From: a virus
Taxonomy: Duplodnaviria > Caudoviricetes
Reading direction: 5' to 3' (one strand)
IMG/VR virus record: IMGVR_UViG_3300016467_000138
Location: 1 to 25,437 of that record
Length of the DNA stretch: 25,437 bases
Shown here: positions 15,995 through 24,948 of the stretch, in pieces
How positions within the stretch are numbered: position 1 is the stretch's first letter
Layout: the number at the start of each line of letters is the position of its first letter
Made by a program: the position numbers and the translations under genes
Notes under the pieces: model-generated
What the model was told of the DNA's origin: nothing
The model's input: only the letters and a program-made list of their open reading frames with translations
Databases searched by the model: none

Positions 15995-18591
15995 TGGCCC
16001 GCATCCCCATCTATGAAGACCGTTTGACGCCTTCTGGCATGGTCACGCCCCAAGCGCGTGGCGTTGAGTTTTCTGGCGCTGTTGGCCAGGCCATGCAGAA
16101 CCTGGGCAACGCCGGCTCTGCGCTGGCGGCCACGGGTTTGCGCATCGCCAAATACGACGCCGACGTGCTGCAAAAGAAGGACGACGACGACGCGATCGCC
16201 AACGTCGGCAAAACCATTTCGGACGCCACGCTGCACTGGGACGAGTACCTTAAGAAGAGCGCCGAGACGGCCAAGGATGGCGCGCCTGGCTTCACCGGCA
16301 AGATCGTCACCGAGTTCGACAAATACCAGGAAGAAACGCTCGCAGGCATCACCAACGAGAAGGCCCGCAAATACGCCCAAACGCATTTTCTGAGCTTGCG
16401 CAACAGCATCGGCCAGAAGGCGATCACGTATGAAGCGCAGGCCGGTGTTGCAGATCGCGACTTGAAGCTGGAGCAGGCCTACCAGAACTACGCTCGCATC
16501 GTTGGCCAGGATGCAAACCAATACGAGAGCGCCCGTCGCAACTTGGACAGCATGATCGCCAATCTGGGCTACGACCCGGTGACGCGCACGGCACGCGCCA
16601 TGAAATATCGCGAGCGCCTCGGCGAGGCCGCGCTGACTGGTGAGACTGAGCGCAACCCTGCCAGCGTGAAAACCACGCTCGAGCGCGCCTACACCGGCTC
16701 GTTTGGCTCTGCTGCCGAGTTCATCCTGAAGCAAGAAGGCGGCTACGTCGCCAACGACGCCGGCAAGGGACCGACCAACTTTGGCATCAACTCCCAGGCC
16801 AACCCTGGCGTGGACGTCAAGAACCTGACGCGTGAGGGCGCCAAGGAAATCTACAAGAAGAAATACTGGGACGCGATCGGCGGCGACAGCCTGAACGAGC
16901 AGAACCCTGGCCTGGCGCTGGTGGCCTTTGACACCGCGGTCAACATGGGTCCGGAGACGGCGAAAAAGCTCCTCGCCCAGGCTGGTGGCGACGTCAACAA
17001 GATGTTGCAGCTGCGCGAGCAGCGTTACGCCGAGATCATCAAGAACGATCCCAGCAAAGCGCAATTCAAGAACACCTGGGCCAGGCGCATCAGCGACCTG
17101 CGCGCAGAGGTCGACGCCACTGCTGGCCCGTCCGCGCCTGTGATCAACAAGATCGCTGGCGACGTCAACGTCGACCGGCTGCCGGCCTTCATCAACGCGG
17201 CAAACACCGAGGCCAATCGCCAGATGGCGGTCTATCGCAGCCAGATCACCACCACCGAGGGAGATCACGTTGCGGCCTACATGAACGGCCAGCCGCCGCA
17301 AAAGCCGCTCACCGAGGCTGAATACGTCAAGGCCTACGGCCCAATCGACGGCCCCCAGCGCTTCGCCAACTACCAGTCGATCGCCACCCTGGGCTCAGAC
17401 ATCAACGCTCTGAAGCTGCAAACGCCCGAGCAAATGGCCGCGGTGGCCGAGCGCTACAAGCCCGACGCCACCAAGCCAGGCTACGAGCTGGCCACCAAGC
17501 GCTACGACACCGTGCTCAAGGCCATCGACCAGGTGAACCAGGCGCGCCAGGCAGATCCGATGTTGTACGCCCAGCAGGCCCGCATTGGCGACGCCAAGCC
17601 GCTCAACTTCAACGACCAGGCAGCCTTCGGCGCAGAGCTCGGCAAACGCGTGGGCGTCGCGCAGACCATGCAGCAGACCTATGGCGCGCCTTACTCGCTG
17701 CTGACAAAGGCCGAGGCGACCACGCTCAACGCCGGGTTCCAGAACATGACGACCCAGCAGCGCCTGGGATACCTGAACACGATCCGTGGCTCGATTAAAG
17801 ATCCCACGGCCTATCGCGCCGTGATGCAGCAGATCGCGCCAGACAGCCCGGTGACGGCGATGGCCGGCATCATTCTGTCCAAGCAAAACCCGGTGGTGGC
17901 CAAAGGCTTTTTTAGCGACACCGTCTACAAGCAGCAAGACGTCGCCGGCATCATGCTCGAGGGCGAGGCCCTGATGAACCCGAACAAGGCCGACAAGGCC
18001 GAGAACGGCAAGGGCAAGACGTTCCCCATGCCCAAGGAGCAGGACATCCGCGACCAGTTCACCAACGTCGTGGGCAAGGCGTTTGCCGCAGATCCTGACG
18101 GCGCCAACTTCGCGTTCCAAGCGGTCAAATCGTACTACGCTGGCAAGTCGGCGCGCGACGGCGACGTGTCTGGCAACCTCGACAGCGGACGCCTGAAGGA
18201 GGCCATCAACGCTGTGGTGGGTGGCGTCACCGACGTCAACGGCAAGGGCGAGGTGGTGCGGCCCTGGGGCATGAGCGACGACCGTTTCGTCAACACGGCC
18301 AAATCCGCGTTCGACACGCAGATGGTCATGCTGGGCTACAAGGGCACGCTACTGGACAACTGGGGCGCGTATGGCCTGCAAAGCGCGGGCGACAGCAAGT
18401 ATCTGCTGCGCTCGGGCATGGGCTATCTGACCGACCGTCAGGGCAACCCGGTGGTGCTCGATCTGACCGAGAAGCCTGATTACTCCAAGCTCATCCCTGG
18501 TGGCGCACCTGCCCCGGCAATCACCCCGCCAGCCACCGTGAAGCCTGAGAAAATGGAGCGTCCCAACACTCAGCAGCCCAAGACCAAATGA
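15994..18591 (+). CDS. Internal virion / ejection protein with embedded GH108-type lysozyme domain
   Basis: AAGGAGG RBS (alternative GTG start at 15991). Mostly helical; 'ILKQEGGYVANDAGKGPTNFGIN...LTREGAKEIYKKKYWD...FDTAVNMG...WARRI' at about 16720-17095. Confidence 0.85.
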   Translation: MARIPIYEDRLTPSGMVTPQARGVEFSGAVGQAMQNLGNAGSALAATGLRIAKYDADVLQKKDDDDAIANVGKTISDATLHWDEYLKKSAETAKDGAPGFTGKIVTEFDKYQEETLAGITNEKARKYAQTHFLSLRNSIGQKAITYEAQAGVADRDLKLEQAYQNYARIVGQDANQYESARRNLDSMIANLGYDPVTRTARAMKYRERLGEAALTGETERNPASVKTTLERAYTGSFGSAAEFILKQEGGYVANDAGKGPTNFGINSQANPGVDVKNLTREGAKEIYKKKYWDAIGGDSLNEQNPGLALVAFDTAVNMGPETAKKLLAQAGGDVNKMLQLREQRYAEIIKNDPSKAQFKNTWARRISDLRAEVDATAGPSAPVINKIAGDVNVDRLPAFINAANTEANRQMAVYRSQITTTEGDHVAAYMNGQPPQKPLTEAEYVKAYGPIDGPQRFANYQSIATLGSDINALKLQTPEQMAAVAERYKPDATKPGYELATKRYDTVLKAIDQVNQARQADPMLYAQQARIGDAKPLNFNDQAAFGAELGKRVGVAQTMQQTYGAPYSLLTKAEATTLNAGFQNMTTQQRLGYLNTIRGSIKDPTAYRAVMQQIAPDSPVTAMAGIILSKQNPVVAKGFFSDTVYKQQDVAGIMLEGEALMNPNKADKAENGKGKTFPMPKEQDIRDQFTNVVGKAFAADPDGANFAFQAVKSYYAGKSARDGDVSGNLDSGRLKEAINAVVGGVTDVNGKGEVVRPWGMSDDRFVNTAKSAFDTQMVMLGYKGTLLDNWGAYGLQSAGDSKYLLRSGMGYLTDRQGNPVVLDLTEKPDYSKLIPGGAPAPAITPPATVKPEKMERPNTQQPKTK

Positions 18592-21500
18592 GCTTCTTTG
18601 ACCTCGCCCCCACCGCGACGCAAAACCTGATGGATCAGGCGCGCCTGAACCCCATCAACCCCGAGGACATGAAGCCCGGCTGGTTTGCGGGAACGTGGAA
18701 GGCGCCGGTGACGGGCCTGGCCTCCGCGGTCAACGATGCGGCCCTGCTGCTGGGCGACGCCGCCACCCCCACGTTGCGCACGATGGCGCGCCCGATCGAC
18801 ACGCTCTTCGGCACCAAGACCGAGGACTGGCTGATCGGGCAGCAGCAGATCGCCAAAAACAACATCAGCGCCTTGGCGCCAGATCCGCGCACCACCGGCA
18901 TCGTCGGCCAGGCTGTGCATGGCATTTTCAACATCGTGCCCGAGGCGGTCGCCGGTGGCCCCGAGGTCGCTGCGCTGTTGCAGGGCTACAAGGGCATGCA
19001 GGTGGGGCTGCAAGACGGCCTGGACCCCGGCACGGCCTTCGGCAAGGGCGCGATCGACGGCATCTCGACCTGGGTCGGCCTTAAGATCCCGATGACCCTG
19101 GCCCCTACCCTGGGCCCGGCCGCCAACGTCGGCGCTGGCGCTGCCGCCAACGTGGCCACCGGCATGACCACCAGGGGCGTCACCGGCGAGTTTCTGCGCT
19201 CACAGGGCTACGGCGAGATGGCCGACCAGTACAAAGTGCTGGACAACAGCGCAATCGCCATGGACCTGATCATGGGCGGCGCGTTCGGCGCGCTGGCGCA
19301 CTACGGCCCGGGAGCCGCGTCCAAGTACAAGGACTGGCAAAAGCAGAACGACGGCAAGCTGCTGACGAGCGACCAGCAGACGGCGCTTTTCCTCAACGCC
19401 GCGCTGCACGCCGAGCTCGACACTGCGCCAGGCATCCCGACAACGCCGGCCGCACGCGCTGCGCACGTCGAGGCGATGAACAAGGCGCTCTCCGACCTGC
19501 TGGCAGACCGCCCGGTCGAGGCGCCCGAGGGCGTCACCCAGGCAGATTTCATCGAGAACCCGAGCGCCACGCAGACCAGGACCGCCATCCTGGGAGCCGT
19601 CGAGGAGCACCTCGGCCCCGAGTGGCAGCAGCTCAAGGGCGAGCTCGAGGCCCGCGGCCTGCCGGGCGACACCACGCTCTACCAGGTCACGCCGATCGAG
19701 CAGCGCGCCCCCGTGCGTCCGACCGCCGAGATCAAGGGCATCATCGAGAAAGCCACCCGCGAGGGCTGGGACGGCGAGCGCATCCTGTCCACGCTGGAAG
19801 GCCTGGCCGGCCGCCTGGAGCAGCGCAACGAAGCCACACTGCAAGCGCGCAAGGGCGACCGCGTGCGCGGCGAGCTGTGGATGCGCGAGAAGCTGACCCG
19901 GGCCGAGCGTCTGGGCGAGCTGCCGCCCGAATCTGTGCGCCTGGCCAAATGGCTGATCGACCAGAACCCGAACGTCGTGAACGACCTGGCTGTGGCCATA
20001 AGGGGCAAGGGCGAGGCTGGCGTGGCCGGTGGCTACAACCCGCTGGGCCGCCTTGTCACGCTGTTCAAAGGCAACGCCAACGACGAGACGGCGGTGCACG
20101 AGATCCTGCACCACGCCGAGCGCATGATGCCCGAGGAGGTGCGCGCCGGCATCCGCAAGGAATGGCTCAAGGAGCTGCGCGCCGTCGAGAACTTTGCCAA
20201 GACGACACAGAACCAGCAGCTGATGCAGGCCGTGTCCGACGCGCTGAAGGCCGCCACCGGCGACGACGTCGCGATGACCAGGCTCACCGACATGGTGAAA
20301 GAGGGCCTCGTCGACTACAACTTCTACGCCCTGGCCAACCCGTCCGAGTTCTGGGCCGTCAACGCCTCGCGCCTCGTCCGCGGCCGCGCTGCCGAGGGCT
20401 GGGTGGCCAAAGCAAAGCAGTGGCTCACCGAGCTGCTTGAGCTGGTCAAAGGCACGTTTGGCATCCGCAGCGACGCTGCCGTGATCAAGGGCCTGGACGC
20501 CGTCATCAAGTCCGATGGCACGATCTCCGGCGACATGCTGGGTGAGAACGTCTCGATCTACCAGGACGTCAACAAGCCCGGCAAAGGCGTGGCCAAGGAG
20601 AACCTCAACGGGTTTGAGCCTGACCTGCGCGTGATGGTGCCCACCGGCAAGATGAAACTGCCGGAAAAGCCGCTCGTGCTGACCGGCACCAACAAGAAAA
20701 ACGCAGGCCGCCAGGTCGGCGCGATCGACCAGATCCTGGCCAAGTTCCCCAACGCCGATGCGTCGCCGCTGGAATGGTCCAAGATGATGGCCTACGCCAT
20801 GGCCACCAACGATGTGCCGATCCCGCCCTATCGTTTCCTGTCCGACATCAACAGCGACGGCGCTTTCAAGAACCTGTCGCGCTTGACCAAGGGCCAGATC
20901 GACGACGCCAACCACGGGTTCGAGAACGCTCGCGCATTTCGTGAGGCCTACATCAACGGCCAGCTCGACGTCGTAACCACCGGCAAAATGTTCCTGTGGT
21001 CGTTCCTGTCGCGTGGCGTGAGCCCCTACACGCAAGAGGGCCTGTTTATCGACGCCTTCCCCAGCGCCGGCGAGTGGATACAGAAGGCCGCCGAGGGCAA
21101 GTTCACCGAAAAGGATTTTGCCGCATACGAGGCCTGGGCAAAGTCGGTCGCGCCGCAGGGATCTGGCCAGCCTGGATCGGGCGCCACGCACAACCTGAAC
21201 GCTTTCGGCAAGCTCTTCCTGTTCAAGATGGGCGCAAAGGGCGAGGACGGCATGTCGCTGCTGCAGCACATGCACAACATGATGAGCGACCCCAACATGA
21301 CGGGGAAAGAGCTGCGCCGCTGGTTCATCCAGAACACAGAGGGCGTTGGCATCGACAACAAGGTTGTGTCCTTCACCTTGCTGGTGGCCGGCTTTGACGA
21401 CGTCATGGTGCTGGATCGCGTGCAGATCCGACAGCTCTGGGATGACGGCCGATTTGGCGATCGCAACCTGTACGACGGCCGCAAGGTCGACGGCAAACCG

Positions 21501-22286
21501 GTGGCGGGCTCTGCCCTGTCCGAGATCACCTACGGCGCCCGCGGCCTGCTGATCTATGAAGCCATCGAGCGAGCCCTGGCCAAGCGCATCGAGAACCTCT
21601 ACGCCAGCCTGGGCCGGCCCGAGGACGCCTCGATCGGCCGTTACCACTGGGAAAGCTGGGTCGCCAACAGCCAGCAGGAAGCCAGCCACGGCACGCTGGA
21701 CGCGATCCTGGCCGACGCCCGGGGCGAGAAGGGCGCGCTGGCCAACATCACCGCCAAGGAGGGCGAGTACGGCGGCTATGCCTACGGCGCCCGCTACGGT
21801 CGCGACGCTGGTGGAAACCCCTATTTCCTGTACACCACGCCGCTGGGCAATGAGTATCGGTTCTCGGTTGGCGCTTTCCGAGAGTTCCTGAAAGGGATAA
21901 AATCCAGCGAGAACAAAATTGTCCCATCTGGATTCAAAGTTTCGGAGGCCGGAAATGCGCCCTGGTACGAAAAAGCCGAAGTCAACAAGCCCAACCTCGA
22001 TGCCCTCGCAAAGCGCATTGCCGGAGAGCCCGGCGCGGGCGAAGGAGCGGGAGCTGTTCGCACGAATGGCCAGGGTGAAACAGTACCCGATCTCGCCGGA
22101 CGAGGAGCCGACCCCTTCTCAGCCGACGAAACGATCCGAAACAATCCCGGCCTGACGGTCCCCATGGAAGACGGCGCCGAGGTTCCTGCTGCCCGTGCGC
22201 TTGCCCAGGCTGATGCGGAAATCGCAAAAGCGCAGGACGAATCACAAGGTTATGACGCAGCGGTCGCCTGCGCTCTGAGGGGCTGA
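18588..22286 (+). CDS. Large internal virion / ejection protein (1232 aa) with inserted zincin metallopeptidase and HhH-GPD DNA glycosylase-like domains
   Basis: N-terminal Gly/Ala-rich membrane-like region and C-terminal 'DAAVACALRG' as in epsilon15-like core proteins. HEILH at 20097-20111 and 'SEFWA' at about 20343; 'GVGIDNKVVSFTLLVAGFDDVMVLDR' at 21342-21419. Confidence 0.8.
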   Translation: MSFFDLAPTATQNLMDQARLNPINPEDMKPGWFAGTWKAPVTGLASAVNDAALLLGDAATPTLRTMARPIDTLFGTKTEDWLIGQQQIAKNNISALAPDPRTTGIVGQAVHGIFNIVPEAVAGGPEVAALLQGYKGMQVGLQDGLDPGTAFGKGAIDGISTWVGLKIPMTLAPTLGPAANVGAGAAANVATGMTTRGVTGEFLRSQGYGEMADQYKVLDNSAIAMDLIMGGAFGALAHYGPGAASKYKDWQKQNDGKLLTSDQQTALFLNAALHAELDTAPGIPTTPAARAAHVEAMNKALSDLLADRPVEAPEGVTQADFIENPSATQTRTAILGAVEEHLGPEWQQLKGELEARGLPGDTTLYQVTPIEQRAPVRPTAEIKGIIEKATREGWDGERILSTLEGLAGRLEQRNEATLQARKGDRVRGELWMREKLTRAERLGELPPESVRLAKWLIDQNPNVVNDLAVAIRGKGEAGVAGGYNPLGRLVTLFKGNANDETAVHEILHHAERMMPEEVRAGIRKEWLKELRAVENFAKTTQNQQLMQAVSDALKAATGDDVAMTRLTDMVKEGLVDYNFYALANPSEFWAVNASRLVRGRAAEGWVAKAKQWLTELLELVKGTFGIRSDAAVIKGLDAVIKSDGTISGDMLGENVSIYQDVNKPGKGVAKENLNGFEPDLRVMVPTGKMKLPEKPLVLTGTNKKNAGRQVGAIDQILAKFPNADASPLEWSKMMAYAMATNDVPIPPYRFLSDINSDGAFKNLSRLTKGQIDDANHGFENARAFREAYINGQLDVVTTGKMFLWSFLSRGVSPYTQEGLFIDAFPSAGEWIQKAAEGKFTEKDFAAYEAWAKSVAPQGSGQPGSGATHNLNAFGKLFLFKMGAKGEDGMSLLQHMHNMMSDPNMTGKELRRWFIQNTEGVGIDNKVVSFTLLVAGFDDVMVLDRVQIRQLWDDGRFGDRNLYDGRKVDGKPVAGSALSEITYGARGLLIYEAIERALAKRIENLYASLGRPEDASIGRYHWESWVANSQQEASHGTLDAILADARGEKGALANITAKEGEYGGYAYGARYGRDAGGNPYFLYTTPLGNEYRFSVGAFREFLKGIKSSENKIVPSGFKVSEAGNAPWYEKAEVNKPNLDALAKRIAGEPGAGEGAGAVRTNGQGETVPDLAGRGADPFSADETIRNNPGLTVPMEDGAEVPAARALAQADAEIAKAQDESQGYDAAVACALRG

Positions 22287-22287
22287 C

Positions 22288-24945
22288 ATGAGAGAGCGCT
22301 GCATCCAAGCCGTGTCCGACGCGATCGGGCGCGCCATCACCCAGCAAGAAGCGCAAGGCATCGAGGACCGCATCCTCAAGAACATGCGCTTTGCTGCGGC
22401 CAAAGATCCCGCCGGGTTCAGCAAGCTCACCGCTGATCAGCGACTGAAGGCTGCGGCCGCTCTGGCGTCCCAGGAGCTCGTGCAAGAGGCTGCGCTCAAG
22501 AAGCGCCGCATCGCGCTCACGATCCAGGCCCACGATCGCCTGGAGACGTTCATCAACGACGCCATGGCCAAGGGCATGGAAGGCCTCGACGCGCTCAAGC
22601 GCACCCTGGTCTTCGTCGCTGACGGCAAGAGCAACACGCTGTCGGCCGAAAGCCGAGGCAACGCCATCCGCGCCAACGCCCTGCGCCAGCTCGTCGATAC
22701 GTTCGAGGCTGTCGACCCCCGATTCTGGGGCCTGTTCGAGAGCGAGGAAGGCGTCAAGACGCTGACCCGCGCCATCTTCGGCGAGAAGACCGGCGTGGCC
22801 GAGGCCGACAAGGGCGCCAAGGCCTGGCTCGATGTGGCCGCCCAGATGCGCGAGCAGTTCAACGAGGCCGGCGGCAAGATCGGCCTGCTTGAGAACTGGT
22901 CGCTGCCGCAGCACCACAGCCAGCTCAAGGTCAACAAAGCCGGCGCCAATGCCTGGATCGCCGACGTCATGGGCAAGCTCGATCGTCGCAAGTACCTGAA
23001 CGACGACGGCACTGTGATGAACGACGAGCAGGTCGAGGGCGTGCTGCGCAGCGCCTGGGTGACGATCGCCACGGGCGGCATCAACCAGATGACACCCGGC
23101 GCGCAAGGTCAGTCGATGCTGGCCAACCGCCGCGCCTGGCACCGCGAGCTGCATTTCAAAGACGCCGACTCTTACCTGGAATACCAGGCCAAGTATGGCG
23201 ACAAGTCGCTGTGGGGCGTGATCACCGGCCACGTCGAGGCGCTGTCCAAAGAGATCGCCATGCTGGAGACGTTCGGGCCCAACCCTGACGCGACCTTCCG
23301 GCTCATGCTGGAAAAGCAACTGCAAGAAGGGGCTGTGTCAGATCCGTCGTCCACCGCCAGGATGCAGCAGCAGGCGCGCAAGCTCGCCGACCTGTTCGAC
23401 TTCGTCACCGGCAAGACCCAGCCGGTGGTCAACGAGCACCTGGCGCAGACCTTCGACACGTTGCGCAACTGGCTGGTAAGCTCGCGCCTGGGATCTGCCG
23501 TCATCACCGCGCTGACCGACGAGGCGACGCTGCACCTGACCGCCAAGGTCAACCAGCTGCCCGAGATGCAGCTGCTGCGCAACGAGCTGGCCGCACTGAA
23601 CCCGGCCAACAAGACCGAGGAGAACCTGGCCCACCGCGCCGGCCTCGCCGTGGACAGCATGCTGTCGCACCTGAACCGCTGGGGCCAGGACAACCTGGGC
23701 CCGACCTTTTCGAGCAAGATGGCCAGCACGGTCATGCGCGCGTCCGGCATGGAGGCCCTCGACGGCGCCCGCCGGCGTGCGTTCGGCGTGACCATGATGT
23801 CGGCGCTGGGTGAGGTCGTCGGCAAGTACGACAAGCTCGCGGATCTCGATCCTGTAGACAACCGCATCCTGCTGGCCAAGGGCATCACCGAAACCGACTT
23901 CGCGATCTGGAAGGCGGCTGAGCTGGAGAAGTGGGGCGCAGGCAACGGCGTGCTCACGCCCGAGTCGATCATGCGCCTGCCGGTTGGCAAGATCTTTGAA
24001 GCCATCAAGCCGCGCATCAATGAGTTGCTGGCCGAGAAGCAGGCCAAGATCGACAGCATCAACAAGATGGCGGCCATGACGTCGGAAGCCAAAGCCGAGT
24101 CGATTCAGAGCTGGTCCGAGATCTACGACCAGCAGATCGCCAACTACGACGAGGTGGCCCGACGCGAAGCCGTCACCCGGCTGCTGGGCGTGGTGCTCGA
24201 GGAAACCGACATGGCCGTCATCCGGCCTGGCGCGTCTGACAAGTTCCTGACGGGCGCCGGCATGGAGCGCGGCACATGGAAAGGCGAGCTTACGCGCTCG
24301 TTCTTCCAGTTCAAGGCGTTCCCTCTGGCCATGATCGCCCGGCACTGGATGCGCGGCATCAACATGGAAACCGCGGGCGGCAAGGCGGCCTATCTGGGCA
24401 GCCTGATCGTCGGCACCACCATCCTGGGAGCTGTGTCGCAATCGATCAACGACCTGCTGCAAGGCAAGGACATCCGCAACTACAACCCGCTGGAGGGAGA
24501 GCATGGCGCCAAAAACTGGATGGCTGCGTTTCTTAAAGGCGGCAGCCTTGGCCTGTATGGCGATTTCCTGTTCTCTGGCGCTACCCAAGGCAACCAAGCG
24601 GGGCCGATCGCTGCGCTACTGGGACCGGTAGCCGGCCTCGTCGAGGAGGCCTTCAAGCTCACCCAGGGCAACATCGTGCAGGCCATGCAAGGCAAGGACA
24701 CGAACTTCGGCGCAGAGGTGGTGCGTTTCGTAAAAAGCAACACCCCGGGCGCCTCGCTGTGGTACGCAAAAGCGGCCCTCGACCATATAATCTTTCATCA
24801 ACTGCAAGAGTATTTCAGCCCCGGCTACCTGGCCCAGATGCAGCGCCGGGCGCAAAAGGAATTTGGCCAGCAGTATTGGTGGACCCCTGGCACCGGCACC
24901 GAAGGGATGCGTGCCCCGAATTTGGCGCGAGCCATTGGAGAATAA
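22288..24945 (+). CDS. Internal virion / ejection protein (epsilon15 gp17-like), 885 aa
   Basis: 'MRERCIQAV...IEDRI', 'FNEAGGKIG.LENWSLPQ.H', 'RELHFKDADSYLEYQAKYG', 'FGPNP', 'GELTRSFFQFKAFP', 'GGSLGLYGDFL', 'PGASLWY', 'SPGYL'. Confidence 0.85.
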   Translation: MRERCIQAVSDAIGRAITQQEAQGIEDRILKNMRFAAAKDPAGFSKLTADQRLKAAAALASQELVQEAALKKRRIALTIQAHDRLETFINDAMAKGMEGLDALKRTLVFVADGKSNTLSAESRGNAIRANALRQLVDTFEAVDPRFWGLFESEEGVKTLTRAIFGEKTGVAEADKGAKAWLDVAAQMREQFNEAGGKIGLLENWSLPQHHSQLKVNKAGANAWIADVMGKLDRRKYLNDDGTVMNDEQVEGVLRSAWVTIATGGINQMTPGAQGQSMLANRRAWHRELHFKDADSYLEYQAKYGDKSLWGVITGHVEALSKEIAMLETFGPNPDATFRLMLEKQLQEGAVSDPSSTARMQQQARKLADLFDFVTGKTQPVVNEHLAQTFDTLRNWLVSSRLGSAVITALTDEATLHLTAKVNQLPEMQLLRNELAALNPANKTEENLAHRAGLAVDSMLSHLNRWGQDNLGPTFSSKMASTVMRASGMEALDGARRRAFGVTMMSALGEVVGKYDKLADLDPVDNRILLAKGITETDFAIWKAAELEKWGAGNGVLTPESIMRLPVGKIFEAIKPRINELLAEKQAKIDSINKMAAMTSEAKAESIQSWSEIYDQQIANYDEVARREAVTRLLGVVLEETDMAVIRPGASDKFLTGAGMERGTWKGELTRSFFQFKAFPLAMIARHWMRGINMETAGGKAAYLGSLIVGTTILGAVSQSINDLLQGKDIRNYNPLEGEHGAKNWMAAFLKGGSLGLYGDFLFSGATQGNQAGPIAALLGPVAGLVEEAFKLTQGNIVQAMQGKDTNFGAEVVRFVKSNTPGASLWYAKAALDHIIFHQLQEYFSPGYLAQMQRRAQKEFGQQYWWTPGTGTEGMRAPNLARAIGE

Positions 24946-24948
24946 ACG

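Noticed and set aside
19200-24597. Long minus-strand ORFs (829, 447, 419, 306 aa)
   Set aside because: Same antisense artefact over well-supported + strand virion genes.
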